A stretch of 64,000 nucleotides of DNA from Octopus bimaculoides (GCF_001194135.2 NC_068992.1:55266723-55330722), one strand, 5' to 3'; positions 39,602 through 51,500 are shown, counted from the first letter of the stretch. Translations and numbers: made by a program. Notes: generated by a model from the sequence alone, not told the origin.

Positions 39602-40301
39602 TACTACTACTACTACCCTGTTCGTCTAAAAATAAATCATCAGAGTTTAGTTCCATTATTGGAATAGGATCAATGACACACAAATGTCTTCAATCTCAGT
39701 TCGCGTTATCTAGTATTGCTTTTACCGATTGTCTATCCGAGACAATTACAATGAATACGTAGATTAGTGGATCTGCATTTTCTTTCAATTCTACCTTCAA
39801 CGATACAGCATATTTTGGTTCAAATTTGTCCGACGTACGTTTCTACAGCATAGTAAACTAGCAATTACATTTGCATTCAGCTCTTTTCTACTACTTAACA
39901 TTCTATGCAACTTTATTCAAAGTCTATCCACTGATGTGGTCGGGAGCAACTAAGTGTATGTAGGCTTGGCTAACGTTCTTTTGCTAGGTTAATATAGCTA
40001 TGTGTGAAAAGAATGTGATGAGAATATTTGAAAATCTGACAAGACTATAAAAACGGCAACATGGTTGTCACTTTTATACCCATATCAAGTTTCTAAATCT
40101 CTTCACTACATTCTTTAAATTTTTATAGAATCCTAACCAGGAGAAAGTAACTGGATTCAAAAACAATTGCTAGCTTTCTGTGCAGTAAAAACGTACGCTG
40201 GGCAAATTTGAACCAAAATGTGGTGTGTAATTGACTGTAGAAATAATAAAAATATAAGCAGATATATAAGAACATACGTGAAGCATTTAACGCAATTCTT
40301 A

Positions 40302-40381
40302 TTCAAGGTAGATTATTTTACTGAAAAGCGTGGATGCACTCTTGATCGGCATGTGATAATGACGAAGCTAGGAAAAAGTGC
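40302..40381. repeat. ~90-nt dispersed repeat, copy 2
   Basis: See 36771-36862. Confidence 0.9.
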
Positions 40382-40396
40382 ATATATATACATATA

Positions 40397-40657
<261 letters not shown>

Positions 40658-40799
40658 ATATATATATGTATGTGTTCATATTAGTACATACATCAGCACA
40701 CACATGTGTATGCACACATGAAATATTGATCTCAGAGTTTGGCACAAGGCGAGTAGTTTTGTGTCAGGGGGTAAGTCGAATACGAGTCTAGGGCATTTA

Positions 40800-40930
40800 T
40801 CCCCCATGAACAATAACCACCTACCAAGGACAATTACTCCTGAATGCAACAGATAATGTTTTAAATCTCCTTGATATATTAGAAAGTTGGTAATTAACCA
40901 AGGTGGGTAATTGTCTTAGCGGGTAGTTTG
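40800..40930. mobile_element. Possible small MITE remnant
   Basis: ggacaattactc is inverted to gggtaattgtct (10/12), with partial sub-repeats on each side. Confidence 0.3.
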
Positions 40931-41633
40931 TGTTACAAATTTTGGCAGTTTCTAATTGGGCAGCAGGTGTTTTGTTGCGCGTATGCAAATATCAATAGCT
41001 GACTCACTTGTTGTATGATAAGCATTTTTTTTCTGACAGGTTCAAATGTAAAAAGAGCCTAAACGAATTACTACGACAACAATACGGTTACTCGCAGTAT
41101 AAGACTGACGATATAAGACTGTCTCAGAAACTAAATACACTTCGACAACGCAGTTCTTTGTGTTCTGCAAAACGTCTTGGCCAACCTATTCTTTCTATGT
41201 TATTTATTTCTCATTTTATTTATTATATATTGAATTTATTTCTTTTATTATATATTTTTACATTGATATGAAATATGTTTAATATGTTTGTAATAAAATA
41301 TTGATTTTTTTTTTTTCGTCTTCTGTATTCCTAATTTTGTAAGTTCTTGTTTTCCGTTTTGTAGTAATCGAAATGTTTTGATACCTAAGCGAATTTTTTT
41401 TTCAATCTTTGATACAATTATATCACCATCTATAACATATAATTGAATTACGTAGGACTGCAGACACGCATATGATATATATATACATAAACACACACAC
41501 ACACACATGTGGAGGTATGTGTATATATATATATTTATATGATACGTACACTCATAATACAAATATGTAAATGTGTATGTGTATACATACAAACACACCA
41601 CCCCACACACACATATGCATCTACATATATACT

Positions 41634-41833
41634 CTTTTATTCTTTTATTTGATTTGACTGCGGCCATGCTGGAGCACCGCCTTTAGTCGAGTAAATCGAC
41701 CCCAGGACTTATTCTTTGTAAGCCTCGTACTTATTCTATCGGTTGCTATTGCCGAACCGCTAAGTGACGGGGACGTAAACGCACCAGCATCGGTTGTCAA
41801 GCGATGTGGTGGGAGGCAATCACAGACACACAA

Positions 41834-41840
<7 letters not shown>
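41634..41840 (-). mobile_element. SINE-B 3' half
   Basis: gactgcggccatgctggagcaccgcc..ccccaggacttattctttgtaagcc..cggttgtcaagcgat. Confidence 0.95.
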
Positions 41841-41909
<69 letters not shown>

Positions 41910-41910
<1 letters not shown>

Positions 41911-42178
41911 GGCGCAGGTCTGGCTGTATGGTAAGAAGCTTCCTTCCCAATTACATGCTTCTGAGTTTAATCCCACTGCGTGGCACCTTGGGCAAGCGTA
42001 TTCTACTATAGCCTCGGTGTGTTTATGTCCCCGTAACCTAGCGATTCGGCAAAATGAGACGATAGAATGAGTTCTAGGCTTACAAAGAATAAGTGCTGGG
42101 GTCGATTTCTTCGCCTAAAGGTGGTGCACCAGCATGGCCATAGTCAAATGACTGAAACAAGTAAAAGAGTTAAAGAAT
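41910..42178 (+). mobile_element. SINE-B with internal deletion (head joined to 3' half)
   Basis: aggcgcagg..ggcaccttgggcaag..ctatagcctcgg joined directly to tgtgtttatgtccccgtaac..actgaaacaagtaaaag. Confidence 0.95.
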
Positions 42179-42568
42179 ATATATATATACATGCACACAG
42201 AGACGCAAACACACACACACATATATATTAATGTTCCTTTTTCATTTCAAATTATGTAGAAGAACCATCTTATCATCTTTTGAAGGACTACTCAATAGCT
42301 TTAGTAAGTAAATTCCTAAAGCATTTACGAGCAGAATGTTGGCAGGGATTTTCGGGCTTCATCTTATCCACGGTTCTTGTGACGTCCTATACCCAGATAT
42401 GCATCTATATATACATGTAGGCCGACAGGGCACAGAAAGTGTGTCAAAGCCAGCTAAAAGCAACAGTAGCATTCACCCTTAGGGCTAGCCGCATTTAAGT
42501 GGCAAATATACTTCACGTTGTCGTGCAGTTACTGTTTATACCTCGTTCAGAGATTTAACATATATATG

Positions 42569-42642
<74 letters not shown>

Positions 42643-43289
42643 TACATAAATAAATATCTACATGTACGTGTGTGTGTATGTGTGTGTCTCTATGTGTGTG
42701 CGTGCGTGTGTGTAGATTTGAGACACTTTAATATAATGGTATAAAACAAACGAAATTATATAAAACTATTTGTAATAGGAAATATGTGGTATCTAAAACA
42801 TCGAAAATCGTCATTATAATAGTAATTACTTTCATATTTCTTTTTAAGTTTAATTTAATTTTTTTTTATTGATTGCTTTATTTCTTTCTTTTCCTATTAA
42901 AGATATCATTGTATATTGAAATCCATTCTTCAATTACTGCAGCAGCAGTAGAAAGAAGGAAATACCCAAAAGTTAACCTGTCAGCCGAAATTCCTCATTT
43001 TTTCCGCGAAAAGAAAAATAGAGATACAAAAATAATTCTATCATTATTAATTATGATTTTGTCTGACTAATCTTTAATTACTTTCATTACTATCTGAAGT
43101 AGTAAAATATATAAGTATATATATGCTTGTAATCATATTTTACTGCTGCAGGAAGTATCTGGGAAGCATTGGCATTATCGTAGTTCTTATTGTTTTGGCT
43201 AACTTAGTTTTGTTATTGTTATATCGGCCCAGGCTGATTTGTTCTTTCTCGGCTTCACAGAATCGATAAAATAAAGTGCTCTTTATGTT

Positions 43290-43420
43290 TTGAATTCAAA
43301 TCCTGCAGACTTAATCTTTGCTTTCCATCCTTTTCAGGTCGATACATTAACCTAGGGGGGATTTACTCGAATAAGACTCGCCACAATTTTCAGGCATGGT
43401 GCCTAAGATGGAAACAATTA
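43290..43420 (+). mobile_element. SINE-A fragment
   Basis: gaattcaaatcctgc..tttccatccttttcaggtcgata..ggcatggtgccta. Confidence 0.7.
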
Positions 43421-43577
43421 TTATTAAACACCGATATATTCCGTCTAGCGTTTTCCTTGTGGTTGTTATAATTGCGTTCCGGCCGTTATAAACATTGACT
43501 TTTTTTTGTCTGACATATTAGGTAACTGTTCTCATCATTTTGAATCGAACCCTTTATTAAATCCATGGCTGTGAACT

Positions 43578-43803
43578 TCAACCATTTCACAACCATATTT
43601 CTGTCGAAATATATTGTCATGCTACTAATAAATTTTGAAAATAATGAAGAATTTAGTAAAAACATTATCATTACTTAACTGGTTTTTGGATCTTAAATTT
43701 ATATGACATTTTAATGGAAGATTTTAATCTAAATCACTTTTAAAACGAAGTTTGTACATAAGATCAAGAACGGTCTCAGACGGGTTGGTATCAAAACGTT
43801 TAA
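43578..43803. mobile_element. piggyBac-like MITE family 2
   Basis: Homologous to 50520-50740 (gaatttagtaaaa, atggaag, aacggtctcag); ends tcaaccattt / caaaacgtttaa resemble decayed TTAA-CCCTT termini. Confidence 0.6.
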
Positions 43804-44367
43804 TTAGGAAATGAAAAGCACTAATCCTACTGCCATAAAATACAATCAAAGGTGAACCTAATCCTGATTAAGCTTATTTATTTATTTACTTATTTACCTA
43901 TCTATTTATGCATATGTTTGTTTTTAAGCATCGTATATTTAGAACCATATTACGTGTATTCCATTTTGACATGTTAAGCCACACACAGATTTGTTTCTAC
44001 TGGTGATTTTGTGGCAACTTTTAGCCCATCAAGAAACCCGCTGGAGACATTCTGCGAGTTAATGTTGATCATAGGACAATGACAAGATCAAAATTTTCAT
44101 TAACAAACAAAATGACATAACTAACTACTCTTTGACGTTTATTCTGAAGTCCATCAATCTTGCTACTTTTATACTACTACAAACCAGTACAAAAAGAAAA
44201 TATATCTATGTGCATGTTATTGACTTGTTTTCGAGAACTTAGGCAGAAAGTTGACTTCAAAAGATAGATAAATATTATAGCATACACTAAAAGTAGAAGG
44301 TTAACCACTAGAAAACTGAACATCTTAAGATATAGTAAAGTAGACGGCCAGCTAGAGGAAATATTTT

Positions 44368-44570
44368 AGGGTGGTGAGCTGTCAGAACCGTTAGCATAGC
44401 GGTATTTTGTCCGTATTTACGTTCTGAGTTCAAATTCTGCTAAGGTTATCTTTGCCTTTTATCCCTTAGGGCTCGATGAAATAAGTTCCTGTTGATCACT
44501 GGAGTCGATGTAATCGACTGAGCACCTTCCCTGAAATTCCTGGCCTTGTGCCAAAATTTGAATCCAATAA
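44368..44570 (+). mobile_element. SINE-A
   Basis: gggtggtgagctgtcagaaccgttagc..gttctgagttcaaattc..ggccttgtgccaaaatttgaa. Confidence 0.9.
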
Positions 44571-44609
44571 AGAGTAAAGTTATTTCATTGCACATTTTCA
44601 CTATCTTTT

Positions 44610-44775
44610 TCTCAACTCATGCCACCTCCGGTTGAGCAGACCTATGATCAAAAGCGTTCCTTTCGTGTCAATACCGTCTTTTTGTATATCAATGACTATT
44701 TTTCAATGTGATATTCCCTTTAAAAAAATGCAAGGTATGAATCAGGAGAGATTTGGCTGCAATTTTTAGCATATA
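44610..44775 (+). mobile_element. Interspersed repeat family D
   Basis: gagcagacctatgatcaaa..ggagagatttggctgcaatttttagc; relatives near 55980, 56620 and 62300. Confidence 0.6.
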
Positions 44776-46515
44776 TTTTAGAGTTAATTATTTATCTAAG
44801 AGGTAATAATTTGAGTACTTACTTTACGTGTTAACATACATTGCCCTGTAAATTTCTTTTATATTTATTTCAGAGTTGTTTAAGGAATATTTCAAAATGT
44901 GTAGCTCTGAAGATGAAATTATAATAAATTTATACCCATAGCCTGTTGCGTCACACACTTTTCATGCAACGAGCGAGTTATAGTAAGAGTAAGATTTTAT
45001 TCATCACAATACTGCAGGCGGATGAAAACGCTGACTTATTTTACAGCGATTTACAACAACAAACCACGGTACCTGAGCAAAGCCATCAGAGACAAATAGT
45101 CAAACATTTACTGTCTTGAACACAGACAAGACTCAATGCAGGAGATATGATTAGAACGCCGTTTCTAATTAGAATAATTTCGATTTAAGCGTTTAAATAT
45201 AAATATCACGTTTTTGATAATTAAAAACCGAAGAAATGTAGTAACGACAGGGATTAAGAACTAATGTAATACAAACACTATGCTATTAAATCCGGGCGAA
45301 GAACGGTCTATGTGTTCTCACACATTGGAACATGTTACCATCTGGAGGAAGACAGTGTGTTATGGTTAATATCGAACTATCAAGTATCAGTTCCTAAACT
45401 ACATTAAGTAATCCGATGTTAATTACACAGATCTACGACAAAGACGTGCTAGACACCTTCTCCAAAAGTGTTAACACAATGTCCCATATCGAACAAATAA
45501 GAGCATTTTGATGCAGTCATTGCCTGAAAGGCCACTTGAGGGTATTTTCTGCTCCAAAAACAATATTTTAAAGATTTTATGATTGCGAAAACATGTTTTA
45601 AAAATCGACCACAAGGAAAACGATTACTTCAAAAACAAACCAAGGTCACAGATTAGTTTAACTCCGGTTCAAAGCTTTTCACTTCATCAACACCGATCCA
45701 ATACTCTTGAGAAAGGCGTGAACGTGATTCTTCCCCCATTCTTTTACCATTCTGTCAATTCAGGAAGAAGCCGGTGTGATGGATTGTGACAATAACGTCC
45801 ATATAGGATTTCATCGATTTAATTATGATTCCTCTCATGATAATGATTTTCATTAAGAACTCGGCTTTAGATAAGTGATAATCATCTTCATAAAGTAATA
45901 CAAAAATGAAATAAAAATTAATACCAGGAAATCAAATTTCTTCAACGATTCAGAGAACTAAGAGTGGTTGCAACTTGGGAAATATTAAAATAAGTGAAAT
46001 AAGTGAATTTTGAGAAAGAAAATTGTTTAAAACTACGATACGAATAATGAAATATTCTTTACAAAATTTATTAATCGGGACATCAAACTTCTATAATCAA
46101 TGTAACTTTATACCCTATCAGAACGGTATCATACTGTAATGAAATATGTTCAGATTGCCAGGGTTCGCAGCAGCAAAATTGAAGAAAGATTAATAGATTA
46201 AAGTCACGTGTACGAAATTATTTAATAAATGTTGAAAGATTATCCATCATACAGTAATCCTTTCAAGGTTTTCTGCGCTCACTTTAGACATATGTTATTT
46301 ACAGTTTCTATCGGAGGTGGTTACAAACCAGATGCAAATTTCTTCAAGGAAAGCAAAGCAGTTTACCTCTACCTTGTAATTTTATTTGTTTCAATCACAA
46401 GATTGCGCCTATGCGTTTTGTTTTTCAAGTCTGGTACTTATCTGTCGGTTGTATTTGTCGAACAGCTAGGTTATGCGGACGTAATCAAACCAACGTCAAC
46501 ACAAAGAGACACACG

Positions 46516-46556
<41 letters not shown>

Positions 46557-46589
46557 CACACACTCATTTATATTTGTGTATGTATGTGG

Positions 46590-46705
46590 ATGTGTTCCTT
46601 TCTGTGGAAGAGCGCAAGCTCGAAACGTTAAAGATTTTTCACTTCCTGAGCGTTAAACTAATACATCTGTTTGTTGTCTACACCACCTGTCTTTGTCGTT
46701 TGTTT
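46590..46705 (+). mobile_element. Family H short repeat (probable Penelope solo pseudo-LTR)
   Basis: Three copies in the window (15717, 35976, 46590); carries a hammerhead-like motif. Confidence 0.8.
46598..46633 (+). ncRNA. Minimal type I hammerhead ribozyme-like motif (atypical U6, extra A)
   Basis: CTTT-CTGTGGA-A-GAGC gcaa GCTC-GAAAC-GT-T-AAAG: helix I CTTT/AAAG, 4-bp helix II, palindromic ACGT helix III. Confidence 0.6.
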
Positions 46706-47145
46706 GTTATATATATACGCCACGACAGGTTTCTTTCTCTATCTACCAAATCCACTGACATGGATCTCGTCGGCCTGGGGCTGTAATAGTTACATCATTT
46801 GCCTGAGGTGCCTTCAGTGTGACTTGACCCATGGAACAGCTAGTCCAAATGTAACTCGTACTCTCACAGTTTGTATTTCTGGTATAAGTTCAACATCTAT
46901 ATAAATACAAGAACACTATGAGGGAAAATTCACAGTTGCTAATAGAATATCAAGAAATTAATTAACTTACACGGAACTCTTAGCTACAATCTATTGAAGT
47001 ATCAAGCAGCACATTTCAGTATAAGACACGAGCACTGGAAAAGCATCAGTGTTTCAGTAACAGAACTACTCCACCAGAATGCGTTAAATATATGCAAATT
47101 AATGTTGCCACTTTAATAAACACTTAACAAAATAGACAGTCGCTA

Positions 47146-47365
47146 AAGGCAGCAAGTTCACAGAACTATTTACACGCCTGAATAAATGCTAATTGGCACT
47201 TCTTCCGGATCTTTAGACACTCTATTGAATTTCCGGTAAGTTTGACTTTGCCGTTCACCTTCTCCGGATTGATGAAATAAGCATGTGTTGAGCAATTGGG
47301 CCGATATCATAGCCTAGACGCTTCCTCCGATTTTCAGGCCTCTTTCCTATAGTATGAATGATTAT
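47146..47365 (+). mobile_element. SINE-A, degenerate
   Basis: aaggcagcaagttcacagaa..ttgactttgcc..gatgaaataag..caggcctc. Confidence 0.75.
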
Positions 47366-47453
47366 TGGCAGTCGTTTACAACCGTGCAGTGCTATAAGTT
47401 ATGCTACATTGATTTACATATAATCGTTCGTCAAAATAAGATTATTGTGTAGC

Positions 47454-47494
<41 letters not shown>

Positions 47495-47504
47495 NNNNNN
47501 NNNN
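47495..47504. other. Assembly gap
   Basis: Ns. Confidence 1.
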
Positions 47505-47570
47505 AATTTATTTAAATCGTTATATTAGGAAAATGTTATAAAATTTTGAGTAAAGTAACATTCTTTTGGG

Positions 47571-47608
47571 GGAGATAACCGGTTTCGTATTTTCTTTTCA
47601 AATATATC
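47571..47608 (-). ncRNA. Hammerhead-like motif in the left (inverted) pLTR; helix I decayed
   Basis: Reverse strand gatatat-TTGAAAA-G aaaata C-GAAAC-CG-GT-T-atctcc. Confidence 0.55.
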
Positions 47609-47721
47609 AAATTTCTTAACCGATATTGTATCATCTCTTCGCTGTGGAGTGAAATATGAGAGCTCCAGTCATTATACCTCATAATTATGGGATAGAAGCA
47701 ATTCAGTTTTGGCTGGACCAA

Positions 47722-48045
47722 TATCCGGAAGAAATACCAGAAAGGATCAGCAAAGAATTCATAATTGAATCGGTTGAATTCATCTTACGAAACAACCACT
47801 TCATGTTTGACAAGACGTTCTATCGATAATAATCCGGAACTGCCATGGGCATTAGGGCGGACCCGGTCATTGCGAACCTAAGAATGGTCTATCTGGAAAT
47901 AAGAATATACCAGGAATCTTTATCTACCTTTGGAAACCCTCTTTCCCAATACATAAAAGAAACTTGGAAAAGATTCCTAGACGAATGTATGTTTCATCCT
48001 CTGGAATGAAATTACAGACAAACTACTGAAATTCAAAAGACTATT
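47722..48045 (+). pseudogene. Penelope-type reverse transcriptase fragment
   Basis: FILRNNHFMFDKTFYR**SGTAMGIRADPVIANLRMVYLE...WKRFLDEC; double stop at 47827-47832 and a 4-nt insertion after 47988. Confidence 0.92.
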
Positions 48046-48068
48046 ATTCTCAAATAACGGACGCAAAA

Positions 48069-48473
48069 GTGAAGAAATGTGGTCGATCAAATTGCGCAAC
48101 ATGCCCAAACCTTCTAGAAAGATCAGAATTCCTCCTAAAAGAGGGACAAAAATTCAAAATCAAATCTGACTTTACTTGTGCCTCAGAAAAACTGATTTAT
48201 GTTATAAGATGCTTGGGCTGCCACCAAAATTACATAGGCTCCACGGGATGGCCGCTCAGACGCAGATGCACTCTACACCGACAGCAGATTGCATTCTCAG
48301 AATACAGAATGACACCCTTTAGTGAACACATTCAGAAATGCGCAAAGCAACTGCTACCACAATTTGTAATCTTTTCTCTTTATCAATATGCCATTGGAAC
48401 ACCAACGCAATTTAGATTAAATAAGGAAACATACTTCATTGAAAAATATAAGCCAAAACTTAACAATTTCTAA
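48069..48473 (+). pseudogene. GIY-YIG endonuclease domain of the Penelope-like element (open frame, no own start)
   Basis: CGRSNCATC zinc knuckle, FTCASEKLIYVIRCLGCHQNYIGST..LRRRCTLH..RLNKETYFI. Confidence 0.92.
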
Positions 48474-48610
48474 GATTCTATGCTTTCTGAACCAAATCAT
48501 GTTAGATTAATAAAACCTAGTCATTCCTAACATTTTTTATTATCTCCCCTTATACCGAAAAATACTTCACTTCACAGCGAAGTGATTACACAATATCGGT
48601 AAAGTAATTT

Positions 48611-48649
48611 GAGAAATTTGAAAATAAAATACGAAACCGGTTATTTCTC
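48611..48649 (+). ncRNA. Minimal type I hammerhead motif, U3-A8 variant, in the 3' pLTR
   Basis: GAGAAAT-TTGAAAA-taaaatac-GAAAC-CG-GT-T-ATTTCTC: perfect 7-bp helix I and palindromic ACCGGT helix III. Confidence 0.7.
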
Positions 48650-48845
48650 TAAAGACAATTTTACTTTACACAAAATTTTATAACATTTCCCCAACATAAC
48701 GATATAAATATATTCTTTAACCATACAACACAAGTCTTTTGCAGCTTTTTGACTCTATTTTGTCTTTTATACATCCAACCACGTTCTTTCACATACCAAC
48801 TCTATCACATGTATATACATATATATATATATACATATATATATA

Positions 48846-49309
48846 NNNNNNNNNNNNNNNNNNNNNNNNNNNNNNNNNNNNNNNNNNNNNNNNNNNNNNN
48901 NNNNNNNNNNNNNNNNNNNNNNNNNNNNNNNNNNNNNNNNNNNNNNNNNNNNNNNNNNNNNNNNNNNNNNNNNNNNNNNNNNNNNNNNNNNNNNNNNNNN
49001 NNNNNNNNNNNNNNNNNNNNNNNNNNNNNNNNNNNNNNNNNNNNNNNNNNNNNNNNNNNNNNNNNNNNNNNNNNNNNNNNNNNNNNNNNNNNNNNNNNNN
49101 NNNNNNNNNNNNNNNNNNNNNNNNNNNNNNNNNNNNNNNNNNNNNNNNNNNNNNNNNNNNNNNNNNNNNNNNNNNNNNNNNNNNNNNNNNNNNNNNNNNN
49201 NNNNNNNNNNNNNNNNNNNNNNNNNNNNNNNNNNNNNNNNNNNNNNNNNNNNNNNNNNNNNNNNNNNNNNNNNNNNNNNNNNNNNNNNNNNNNNNNNNNN
49301 NNNNNNNNN
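48846..49309. other. Assembly gap
   Basis: Ns. Confidence 1.
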
Positions 49310-49359
<50 letters not shown>

Positions 49360-49360
<1 letters not shown>

Positions 49361-49635
49361 AGGGTGCGGTGAATAAACTGTCGTCAAAACTGCACAAAAA
49401 TGAAAATAACTCAGAACACAGACATCTCATTTTACTAGATACATTTACCAAAATTACATAAAAATATCTTGAAATACTATAGAATAAATTAATTGAATAA
49501 AATTGTCATTTGCTTTAACCGCGGCCTGCAGACAACTTCGAATTCTCCTGCAACTCTTTTGGACGGTCTCTTTGTTTAACTTGGTGAATGCCGCCATAAT
49601 CTTTGCCTTCAGTTCATCTTTGGTGTCACAAGGAG
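49360..49635 (-). mobile_element. Mariner-like (maT/DD37D-like) 3' end with TIR
   Basis: TA-CAGGGTGCGG terminus; minus-strand PCDTKDELKAKIMAAFTKLNKETVQKSCRRIRSCLQAAVKANDNFIQ is a transposase C-terminus. Subfamily is inferred. Confidence 0.75.
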
Positions 49636-49764
49636 GTTTGAGGGAAAGACTATATGCATGTATATTTTTATTTTTCAGATTGAGATGTTTGAACATCCAT
49701 TTACAGGCAGATACATACACAAAGACACACACATCCAGATACATACACAATCACACACACACAC

Positions 49765-49765
<1 letters not shown>

Positions 49766-49807
<42 letters not shown>

Positions 49808-49829
49808 CATACATACATACATACATACA

Positions 49830-49860
<31 letters not shown>
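49766..49860. repeat. (TAGA)n(TACA)n compound microsatellite
   Basis: Directly visible. Confidence 0.98.
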
Positions 49861-49861
<1 letters not shown>

Positions 49862-50519
49862 AATGAATAGACAAATAGATACATATGTGTGTGTGTGTGT
49901 TAACACGTTCAACTGCACCTTCAAAAGAATTTTTAATATGTTGATTTGTTAATATTGCCACTCCATATTAGAAATAGCAGGAAACATCTCTACCTTCTGG
50001 CGTTTCCTGCCTCTGAATAACTATTAATACTGGATTTGTGTAATATCTATAATTTTCAGGCTGGGTGGTGAATGATGGAAATGAAAGAATGATGAAGTGA
50101 ATGCTTCAAGATGCTTGGTTATACACCTTTGCGTTTGATGTCAAATTCCTCATTGATCAATACTTGTTTATAAGCTTCTGGACTCAGTGGAAATCACATG
50201 CGAGAAGTACAGGTACCGATAAAATAAATCGTTTTATCTCTTCAAATACGCGCAATTTTGCCAAAGTCAGATGTCGTTAAACCAGACCTCACATAAGAGT
50301 ATTGATGGGAAGAATTGTAAGAGTATTAAACGAAATCCCTTGTCATATTTTTTTTTTTTTGTGTTCAAACAGCCATCGCCTCCTGGTGTGGTAGATTTAA
50401 TCTACCGCACACCCTAAAGCCACGACATACTCCTTGAGTGTATTTACGGAGTCCATTGGGGTTATGTCCCATGATTGTGGATACCTTCATCTTCACTCAT
50501 AGATTTTGAGGCTTTAAAA

Positions 50520-50740
50520 CTTTGCCTACAATATTTTTGATGAACAACACTGTATTCATTTTACTAAATTTCCAAAACAATGGAGAATTTAATAAAATAA
50601 CTTAGTCGTTATTAACACGGTCTTTGGTACATAAACTAACAAGAAATTGTGATGGAAAAGCTTAATTTAAATTACTTTAAAACAGAAAGTGTTTCCCACT
50701 TATAGAGTTAGGAACGGTCTCAGTTGGTTTGTATTACTGC
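50520..50740. mobile_element. MITE family 2, second copy
   Basis: Homologous to 43578-43803. Confidence 0.6.
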
Positions 50741-51500
50741 CATACCTTCATGACTAAATGGTAAAAATAGTTATATCATTTTATACTCCGAGTTCAAACT
50801 TTGCATGGTTTGAAGCTTTCTATTCATTGATAATTCACAAATATGTATTGCTCAAGCACTTTATATTTAAATCTAGAAAATAGTTCCAAACACATTTATG
50901 ACTTTCTGTCAATGTTAGAGATCTTACCAAGATCAAATGTGACTTTGTATCTTTGTTTAATCTTCAAGTATCAGCGGAGAACTGAGATCGATTTTATCAT
51001 TTATTCACTGTCTACCTTTTTCTGTGCGCTTATGTCTATATTTTAAAATAAGTACATATAATATTATGTTGGGTACACGTAGTCTTGTAGAAGCCGCAAA
51101 GAGGTTTTCACAATGAGACGTATGCTGTCACTTCATTTCTCCGTGAAACATGTGAAAAGATAAAGACACAAACATAAATATATTCGGTGAATTTAGGCAC
51201 ATCTCATATATTCAGATTTCAATTTCCGTCGACAGTGATTTTGAGAACTCTAGCTGAAGTTGATGAAAAAAGCGTCTGTCAAATAACTGATGCGAATCAA
51301 TCGTTTAAATCTCTCGTGTTGGTTTGTACCAATGTAAGACAAACATAAAGCAGTAATTTTGTGAAATGCCAAATGAATAGAAAAAAAAATCGGTTAAGTA
51401 TGAATATATGGAAAATAACAACAAAAATTTTCACAACGGGAGAAAATATTGAGTATTGAGAATTCACAATCAGGTAGGCACATATGTTTGTTTCCAATGT

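Larger units (their letters stand above)
46430..46860 (-). mobile_element. SINE-B interrupted in its internal (TA)n by a family H repeat
   Basis: 3' half at 46430-46510 and 5' half at 46722-46860 (ctaccaaatccactgac..cctgaggtgcc). Confidence 0.75.
47505..48715 (+). mobile_element. Penelope-like retroelement, 5'-truncated and internally deleted, with inverted pseudo-LTRs
   Basis: RT and GIY-YIG remnants flanked by ~150-nt inverted repeats (47505-47660 versus 48560-48715, roughly 75-80% by eye). Confidence 0.9.

Noticed and set aside
45690-45760. Minus-strand MVKEWGKNHVHAFLKSIG resembling a SAM-domain start
   Set aside because: Only 18 residues, followed by a stop, with no credible donor.
50387-50413. 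11-bp hairpin followed by CTAA (Helitron-like 3' end)
   Set aside because: Not followed by T, and no 5' end or related copy found.
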